Shown: positions 32,887-38,351 of the stretch, one piece after another | Position numbering within the stretch: position 1 is the first letter of the stretch | Layout: the number at the start of each line of letters is the position of its first letter | IMG/VR virus record: IMGVR_UViG_3300048080_000117 | Location: 1 to 38,351 of that record | Reading direction: 5' to 3' (one strand) | From: a virus | Length of the DNA stretch: 38,351 bases | The notes under the pieces: model-generated | What the model was told of the DNA's origin: nothing | Seen by the model: only the letters and a program-made list of their open reading frames with translations | Databases searched by the model: none | Made by a program: the position numbers and the translations under genes

Positions 32887-33240
32887 GTGGGCGTGATCGG
32901 GAAGTGGTTGAGCGAGTTGAGTCCGGAGTGTGAGGATGCGGTGCTGACGAAGCAAATGCGACCGGGCCTCTACCGCCTGCGGGACGATTTAGGTCCGTGC
33001 CTTGTCGGGGTCGCTTCTGGATTCAACATGGATGCCATGACTGTGCGTGAGGTGCCCCCGTGCCGTTTGAACCGTGGAGAGTATGATCCGCTACGACGAA
33101 ATGTCGAGGGCGTTTATGACGACGTGTGTGCTCGTTTCGGCGTCGCCTATATCAACGCCACGATCCGACAGCGTATCCTGCGGAACCAACTGCGACGGAC
33201 ACTCGTCACTGAGCCGATTATGGAGGCCGTCACCCCGTGA
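32887..33240 (+). CDS. hypothetical protein (117 aa)
   Basis: AAAGGAG at 32873..32879, 7 nt before GTG 32887. The longer ORF from 32830 has no RBS. Confidence 0.55.
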   Translation: MGVIGKWLSELSPECEDAVLTKQMRPGLYRLRDDLGPCLVGVASGFNMDAMTVREVPPCRLNRGEYDPLRRNVEGVYDDVCARFGVAYINATIRQRILRNQLRRTLVTEPIMEAVTP

Positions 33241-33341
33241 TGTACGACCATCTCCACACCAGATCTGCCTACCGCGAACTAGCCAAGATCATCGGGCTGG
33301 CGGTCTTTGCGGCGCTCGCACTCTGGGCGGTGCTGCGGTGA
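33240..33341 (+). CDS. tiny membrane peptide (33 aa)
   Basis: TGATG and GTGA overlaps bridge two larger genes. Hydrophobic IIGLAVFAALALWAVL. Weak call. Confidence 0.3.
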   Translation: MYDHLHTRSAYRELAKIIGLAVFAALALWAVLR

Positions 33342-33664
33342 AACGTGCGACGGTCAAGCGCCCCGAGGGCTATGGCGATCCCGCGAAACTGGAGTGGATA
33401 CGGCGACAACGGTGTCTGATCTGGTCTGTGGATTCCACGGCCTGTCGCGGTTCTGTAGTACCGCATCACGTCCGGGTCCGTGGCGGGAAACGGGATGATC
33501 GGCTAACCGTGCCGCTCTGCGCGCTAGGGCACCATACGACGGGGGCGCGATCTGTCCACGCCCTGGGCCGCAAAGCCTTTGAGCGGCTGCACAAACTGGA
33601 CCTGCTGTGGGAAGCGCGATGGTATCAGGCCAAGTACGGGCGGGAGACCGAAAGAGAGACGTGA
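33338..33664 (+). CDS. DUF968-like HNH-family nuclease
   Basis: KLEWIRRQRCLIW..C.GSVVPHHVRVRGGKRDDRLTVPLCALGHH...VHALG matches the DUF968 pattern (C..C..aHH..g..K.sD..PLC..HH). Confidence 0.6.
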   Translation: MKRATVKRPEGYGDPAKLEWIRRQRCLIWSVDSTACRGSVVPHHVRVRGGKRDDRLTVPLCALGHHTTGARSVHALGRKAFERLHKLDLLWEARWYQAKYGRETERET

Positions 33665-34446
33665 ACCGTTTGGGGCCGTTTGAGCTTAACCGTGTCCATC
33701 TCGGGGACTGCCGGGACCTCTTGCTCCAGATTCCCGATGGCTCGGTGCCGATGGTGTTTACCGATCCGCCTTACGGGCACAATAACAACGATGGGGATCT
33801 GATCGCCAACTGGGAGAAGGCGCTGGGCGAAACGGAGCGCGGTGAGGCGCGGCCGATTCGCAATGACGGCCCCGACCAGGCGTGGCGCGCCTTCACGGGC
33901 ATGTTGCGCGAGTTGCCCCGCGTGCTTACCCCGGACTGCTGCTGCTGCTGCTGCGGCGGCGGCGGCGGACCCGATCCCCAATTTGCCCGCTGGTCGCTGG
34001 AACTCGACAAAGCGCCGTACACGTTCTTTCACGCCGTGGTCTGGGACAAGCAGGGACTCGGGATGGGGTGGCGCTATCGGCGCAACTACGAACTCGTGCT
34101 GGTGGCCCATCTACGCAGCGGCAAGCTCAAGTGGGAGTGGCAGGGGACGGGAGTTGAAACCGCGAACGTGGTGCGGCTGGGCAAGATTCTCCCCGCGTCC
34201 AGTCAGCACCCAACCGCGAAACCCGTGGAATTGGTCGAGCATTTCCTACGGCTGCACACCAAACCAGGGGACCTCGTGCTCGATCCGTTCGCGGGCGCGG
34301 GCACGACAGGCGTGGCCTGCCGGCGGATGGACCGCCGCTTCCTCGGCTTCGAGATTGACCCCGTCTGGGTGGAGTACGCGAACCGCCGACTCGGCACCAC
34401 CCCGAGCGAAGTCAATACGCCGCTCTTTGGGGATGTGCCCGCATGA
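33661..34446 (+). CDS. DNA methyltransferase, beta class (N6-adenine or N4-cytosine)
   Basis: Motif IV TDPPY near the N-terminus. HPTAKPVELVEHFL. Motif I DPFAGAGTTGVA near the C-terminus. GTGA start overlap. Confidence 0.85.
   Translation: MNRLGPFELNRVHLGDCRDLLLQIPDGSVPMVFTDPPYGHNNNDGDLIANWEKALGETERGEARPIRNDGPDQAWRAFTGMLRELPRVLTPDCCCCCCGGGGGPDPQFARWSLELDKAPYTFFHAVVWDKQGLGMGWRYRRNYELVLVAHLRSGKLKWEWQGTGVETANVVRLGKILPASSQHPTAKPVELVEHFLRLHTKPGDLVLDPFAGAGTTGVACRRMDRRFLGFEIDPVWVEYANRRLGTTPSEVNTPLFGDVPA
33937..33966 (+). repeat. (TGC)6(GGC)4 trinucleotide microsatellite inside the methyltransferase CDS
   Basis: Read directly. In frame, with the following GGA, it encodes CCCCCCGGGGG. Confidence 0.95.
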
Positions 34447-34769
34447 CCCCGACCCAACTGGAACTCGGCTATGCGGGAGCCGAGCAATCCGCCTCTCATC
34501 ACGGGGCGCTGCTGGCCCGACTAGCGGTGATAGCCCAGGAGCTCGCCCAGCGAGCGGGGGTCTCGGGCGTGACCATAAGCGATGTGAGACTAACCGCCGG
34601 CCAGCGAGGGATTCTCATACCTAGCCCCGCCCACTTTCTCGGAACCTTGATGCGGAAGGCGGGACTGACACCTACCGATCGGTGGCGGGCCAGTGACGTG
34701 GCGGGCTCCCACGGGACGAGTCACCGGGTGTGGCTGGCGGGCTCTTGCGCGACGGGCGATAGGGCCTAA
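34443..34769 (+). CDS. hypothetical protein (108 aa)
   Basis: ATGA overlap with the methyltransferase. No motif. Confidence 0.45.
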   Translation: MTPTQLELGYAGAEQSASHHGALLARLAVIAQELAQRAGVSGVTISDVRLTAGQRGILIPSPAHFLGTLMRKAGLTPTDRWRASDVAGSHGTSHRVWLAGSCATGDRA

Positions 34770-34773
34770 CTTT

Positions 34774-35751
34774 ATGGAGACCGCCGTGTTCGGCAGCGCG
34801 GCAGTCAAACAAGGGCTGGTGGATCTCGGGGGATTGCCCCCGGGTGCTCGTGTTCGAGATTTCTGCGTCCCGGTTCGGCCAGCCCGACCGGGCCAGGATG
34901 CCGCGGACCTTGCACTCGGGGGTTTTCTCTTGCGACGACCTTGGTTCCCCTTCTATGTGGATGACTTCGAGACCAGTGGTCGAGTGCGGCTTATGTCTGC
35001 TGCCGAACGTGGTTGTTATGTCAGCCTGCTCGCCTACCAATGGCGGGAGGGTTCTGTGCCTAGCGAAGTAGTCGAACTTGCCAGACTTTGCGGGGAGCCG
35101 CTAACGGCTATGCGGAAGTACTGGCGGCGCTTAGAGTCGTGTTTCCCGTTGAACGGTAGGGGCTTGCGAGCCAATCCGCGCATGGCAAACGAGCGTACAA
35201 AGGCCGAGCAAATCAGCTGCAAACGAGCTGCAATTGCTAGAGCAAAGGCACCTCGTTTGGAGCCAGTTAGCAATGGTTTTGTAGCCTCTCCTGTGACTAC
35301 TACACAGGTCACACCTCACATTCCACAAACTGACAAAAGAAGTGGGCTGCGCCCCCCTCCGGATACTTCCTTGTCAGACAAACAGCAGGTGTGGCGGGAA
35401 CTGGTCCTTGTGGTCAAGGCCGAACTCGGAAGCATGTCGGATACCAACGGCTCGATCCTCAAGGCCATGCTCCGGGCGGGGCTCTCCCCCAGCGACATCA
35501 TGGACGCGATCCGAGGGTTGGGTATTTTGATCCGCGCCGGCCAACTTGGACAGGCATCATGGCCCTCTGAGGGGAATCAGCTTGATCTCCGGTACCTGTG
35601 GTCGGAGAAAGCCCGACAGGGGCTCCCGCTCTACACCCGCTGTCTCACGGCGTACTACGACAGCCAAAAATGCCCCGCGAAACCTAGCGATGCAAAGGGG
35701 CCGGTCCACATCGGGTCGGTGATCGCCCGAATGGTGAAGGGGGCGGAGTGA
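34774..35751 (+). CDS. DUF1376 (YdaU-like) replication-associated protein
   Basis: PWFPFYVDDFETSGRVRLMSAAERGCYVSLLAYQWREGSVPSE...LRANPRMANER matches the DUF1376 pattern. The start is uncertain (ATG 34774 chosen; the domain begins near 34935). Confidence 0.65.
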   Translation: METAVFGSAAVKQGLVDLGGLPPGARVRDFCVPVRPARPGQDAADLALGGFLLRRPWFPFYVDDFETSGRVRLMSAAERGCYVSLLAYQWREGSVPSEVVELARLCGEPLTAMRKYWRRLESCFPLNGRGLRANPRMANERTKAEQISCKRAAIARAKAPRLEPVSNGFVASPVTTTQVTPHIPQTDKRSGLRPPPDTSLSDKQQVWRELVLVVKAELGSMSDTNGSILKAMLRAGLSPSDIMDAIRGLGILIRAGQLGQASWPSEGNQLDLRYLWSEKARQGLPLYTRCLTAYYDSQKCPAKPSDAKGPVHIGSVIARMVKGAE

Positions 35752-36092
35752 AGCGCGGTTATCTCTGGCTTGACTGGGCTGAACTCGGGTGCCGGGGTTG
35801 GGACATTGACCTCAGTGGTGCCGGGCTCGATGCCGATGACAATACCGAGCGGTGCCATGTGGATTGTTTCGCTCACTTGGATCGCACAACGCTCCAACTG
35901 GCACTTCACGGGTGCCGTGCCTTCGTATGCCGCGTCATCAACGACCTGTCTTGGGCGGGGCTGTATTACATCAAGCGGCCCGTCGAGCCAGTGACGTCTG
36001 GCGCTACTACTGAGACTATCACCGCTAACGCTGCTGCTCCTGCCTCAATCAAGTGGATCTTCAACGCAGCGGCGGACTGGCAAGCCGCATGA
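35748..36092 (+). CDS. hypothetical protein (114 aa)
   Basis: GTGA and ATGA coupling. No motif. Confidence 0.45.
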   Translation: MKRGYLWLDWAELGCRGWDIDLSGAGLDADDNTERCHVDCFAHLDRTTLQLALHGCRAFVCRVINDLSWAGLYYIKRPVEPVTSGATTETITANAAAPASIKWIFNAAADWQAA

Positions 36093-36301
36093 CCCAACTC
36101 TGCCGGGAGGAATTGGATCGCTCGGCTGCCTGTCGGTTCTGCGGGTCGTGTCACGAGGTGCGGCAACGGCTGATGTCGGGTTACGGACTTCGTGGCAAAG
36201 AATGTTGGGTGTTCATGCAACGGATTCAGAACGCAGGGTACGAACCCTCGGTCAGGGACCAGGACGTTGAGCGTGCGGCGATTCAGGATGGTGGGGTGTG
36301 A
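36089..36301 (+). CDS. small Cys-rich protein (70 aa)
   Basis: C....CRFCGSCH. ATGA overlap upstream. Confidence 0.45.
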   Translation: MTQLCREELDRSAACRFCGSCHEVRQRLMSGYGLRGKECWVFMQRIQNAGYEPSVRDQDVERAAIQDGGV

Positions 36302-36431
36302 GCCAGTGGCGTCGTTGGTACACAGCGTGGCGGTACTGGGCACGGCTTGGGCGCTCCGTTGGGGAAGGTCGACTGGAGGCTGAGTGGCGCGCCGTGAAGT
36401 CGGCATGGTGGACGCGGAGGATGTACCGCTA

Positions 36432-36851
36432 ATGCCCGCGCCCCGTATGCTGCGCCGGCCCTTACGGGAGAGCGAACGCGACGTTCAGAAAAGTGTTGTG
36501 GGCGCGTATGAAGCCGTGGGGTGTATCGTGGCCAACTTCTCACAGGGCTACCGACCGGGTGGTCGGCGCCATGGGACGACACGGCAGACGAAGGGCATCC
36601 CGGACCTGTACGTCTTTCCGCCGCTGAGCGTCACCTATGCGCGCCACGGATCGCGGGATGGTCGGCCGTGGTGGCACGAAGTCAAACACCCTGGCGGGGA
36701 CCAATCCCCTGAGCAAGTAACATGGCAACGGCGATGCGAGGATCGGGCTGTCGGTTACGTGCTCGGTGGTGTGGACGAAGCACTGGCCTACCTTTGGCGA
36801 ATCGGTTTGGTGGAGGAAGTCGTGACGCCCTCGGGCCAGAGGATGCCGTGA
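36432..36851 (+). CDS. VRR-NUC domain nuclease
   Basis: ERDVQKSVV..., GIPDLYVF, WWHEVKHPGG..SPEQ..W follow the VRR-NUC E..Q / PD / EvK order. The start could instead be GTG 36384 or ATG 36405. A 44-codon Trp-rich ORF (36298..36432) may bridge the gap. Confidence 0.7.
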   Translation: MPAPRMLRRPLRESERDVQKSVVGAYEAVGCIVANFSQGYRPGGRRHGTTRQTKGIPDLYVFPPLSVTYARHGSRDGRPWWHEVKHPGGDQSPEQVTWQRRCEDRAVGYVLGGVDEALAYLWRIGLVEEVVTPSGQRMP

Positions 36852-37174
36852 GTCTTGACATTTGGCTGTACGTGGAAACGGGAGCTGGTGAAAGCCTCTC
36901 AACCCATGGGGCGAACATCACCCACAACGTCACGCCGATGTGGCGGGAGGCAGGTATCTACGACGCGCTCTACGATAGCGACGGTAAACGGGCCGGGGAC
37001 ATTATCGAAACGCTGCGGCGTGGCATTGCTGACATGGAGGACCGCCCCGAGGTCTACCGAGCAATGAACCCCAAGAACGGCTGGGGAAACTACGATGGCG
37101 CGTTGAACTGGTTACGTGAGTGGTTGGCCGAGTGTGTCAAGCACCCCAACGCGCTGATAGGCGTGAGTCGGTGA
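36848..37174 (+). CDS. hypothetical protein (108 aa)
   Basis: GTGA overlap with the VRR-NUC gene. No motif. Confidence 0.5.
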   Translation: MSLDIWLYVETGAGESLSTHGANITHNVTPMWREAGIYDALYDSDGKRAGDIIETLRRGIADMEDRPEVYRAMNPKNGWGNYDGALNWLREWLAECVKHPNALIGVSR

Positions 37175-37209
37175 TCTCTCACCCCCAGGACGGACGCGAG
37201 GAGCCCTGA

Positions 37210-37572
37210 ATGAGCGAGCAGGAGATTTATGAGACTTTCGAGACTGGCCAACCCTGGATCACATGGACGTATTTGCACCCTGATTGGTGGACCCGCGTGT
37301 TCGGTAAAACACAGGTCGAGGCGGTTTGCTGCATCTGTGGGCATCGTGAGACGATAACTGTTCGCATGCCGCGCTTTGGTCCTGTGTCGGCGCCGGCCGG
37401 TGGTCGGCACCCAACTCGGGTAAAGTTTTGCTCCGAGCACGTCCACCGATTGCAGCAGCAGGCACCAGAGACATGGGTGCTGCCCCTACGCAATCCAGCG
37501 GCTCTCAGCGGTCGGGACATAATGGACGTTCTCCGTGACGTGGCAGAGAAAGCAGCGCGGAATGACTCCTGA
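37210..37572 (+). CDS. hypothetical Cys/His-containing protein (120 aa)
   Basis: GAGGAG at 37198..37203, 6 nt before the ATG. Contains CCICGH....CSEHVH. Confidence 0.5.
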   Translation: MSEQEIYETFETGQPWITWTYLHPDWWTRVFGKTQVEAVCCICGHRETITVRMPRFGPVSAPAGGRHPTRVKFCSEHVHRLQQQAPETWVLPLRNPAALSGRDIMDVLRDVAEKAARNDS

Positions 37573-37771
37573 CCCCTCGTTGGTCGCCGCCCTGCGGGAG
37601 TTTCTCGGCACACCGAACACGACAGTGTACTGGGACGCCGAGTGCATCGCCCGAGCGTTCGAGGCTGGGGTAGAAGCGGCGATGTGGTGTGCCGTGACGC
37701 ACGGTCATGCACCCGATAAACAGCGGGCGCTCTCGGCCTTCGTGGCCAGCTTGAAAGGGGAAGCGACGTAA
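37562..37771 (+). CDS. hypothetical protein (69 aa)
   Basis: ATG 37562 inside ORF 37535..37771, with an 11-nt overlap upstream. Confidence 0.45.
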   Translation: MTPDPSLVAALREFLGTPNTTVYWDAECIARAFEAGVEAAMWCAVTHGHAPDKQRALSAFVASLKGEAT

Positions 37772-37968
37772 TGCTCACCATCGAGCAGGTGGAGTTTATT
37801 CTCCACGAGTTAGGCTACGAGACTGTCGTGGAGCCGACAGAGTCGTTTCGGTATCGTGTGCAGTGCCGAGCGACTGGCTACCGGGAAGGCATCGCCGGGA
37901 AATGCCAAGCAGCGCTCTCAATCATGCTTGAAGCGAAACGTCGCTCGGCACCAGCGAAATCACGATGA
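37771..37968 (+). CDS. hypothetical protein (65 aa)
   Basis: TAATG overlap upstream. ATGA overlap downstream. Confidence 0.45.
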   Translation: MLTIEQVEFILHELGYETVVEPTESFRYRVQCRATGYREGIAGKCQAALSIMLEAKRRSAPAKSR

Positions 37969-38351
37969 CCGCCCCCGATCCCATCGCTTTGCGGCTTGAG
38001 GCCGTGGACCGAGAGGCGAAGGATGCGGCAACGGCTGAGTACGCCAAGCATGCTCCTGACGATTTGGATACAGGGCCGTTCCTATGCGGATATGTGGATG
38101 CGCGCATCGCCGAACGAGACGTGTATCGCCGCGCCCTCGAAGCCGAGATGCAGGAGAATGCCACGCAGGAGGAACTGCGGCTGCTGCACTCCGACAGGAT
38201 ACAAGCAAAGTTCACCGAACTTGAGCGGGAGAACGCGGAGTTGCGAGGGGTGCTGGTAAGAACGTTGGTGCCGTTGGAAGTGCTGAACATGGATAATTAC
38301 AACGGGGCTCGGTGGATGACGACCGAACTGCGAGCAGCAATCAGCGAGGCG
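37965..38351 (+). CDS. junction-spanning hypothetical protein (N-terminal part; continues at 128..166 of the circle)
   Basis: ATG 37965 (ATGA overlap). The open frame runs off the window end. Absent from the ORF track because there is no in-window stop. Paralog of 375..749. Confidence 0.6.
   Translation, partial: MTAPDPIALRLEAVDREAKDAATAEYAKHAPDDLDTGPFLCGYVDARIAERDVYRRALEAEMQENATQEELRLLHSDRIQAKFTELERENAELRGVLVRTLVPLEVLNMDNYNGARWMTTELRAAISEA
38225..38351. repeat. 127-bp terminal redundancy, identical to 1..127
   Basis: Direct comparison of the two window ends. Confidence 0.95.

Noticed and set aside
33842-34624. A 260-aa alternative + frame ORF across the methyltransferase (contains an Ala10 run)
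   Set aside because: The methyltransferase frame carries all catalytic motifs. This frame is Arg/Ala/Ser/Pro-rich filler produced by GC richness and the triplet repeat.

Overview
The window is a complete, circularly closed, high-GC (about 60% by eye, not computed) tailed-phage genome. Bases 1..127 are identical to 38225..38351, so the unique length is 38,224 bp. About 70 tightly packed genes lie on the + strand, most joined by ATGA, GTGA or TAATG start/stop overlaps. One gene is on the - strand (29082..29423, SWIM zinc finger).

Layout:
- A divergent control region at 29424..29570.
- A rightward early/replication block, 29571 through the contig junction to 3448. It holds many tiny zinc-ribbon ORFs, a DUF968-like HNH, a beta-class DNA methyltransferase, a DUF1376 replication protein, a VRR-NUC nuclease, a Lar-like domain and an MmcB-like nuclease.
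- The only canonical intrinsic terminator, at 3505..3537.
- A late block, 3565..28892: small and large terminase, portal, scaffold, major capsid, beta-helix protein plus glycosyltransferase, P22-like tail hub, tail fiber, Gly-rich and repeat-rich ejection-type proteins, and a six-gene lysis cassette.

I recognise no integrase, DNA or RNA polymerase, helicase/primase, tRNA or CRISPR.

The most unusual item is in the large terminase gene. A 278-codon intein (5177..6010) interrupts the nuclease motif. A complete HNH endonuclease gene (5356..5934) lies inside it in a different reading frame, while the terminase frame stays open across the whole overlap.

Other notable items:
- Five direct GTGTCG repeats plus a 14-bp palindrome in the control region.
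- A 28-codon peptide repeat whose two copies differ only at 10 synonymous sites.
- A (TGC)6(GGC)4 microsatellite encoding Cys6Gly5 in the methyltransferase core.
- A low-GC cassette inside the tail fiber gene.
- A glycosyltransferase within the capsid module.

All functional calls rest on motif recognition by eye. No database search was run.
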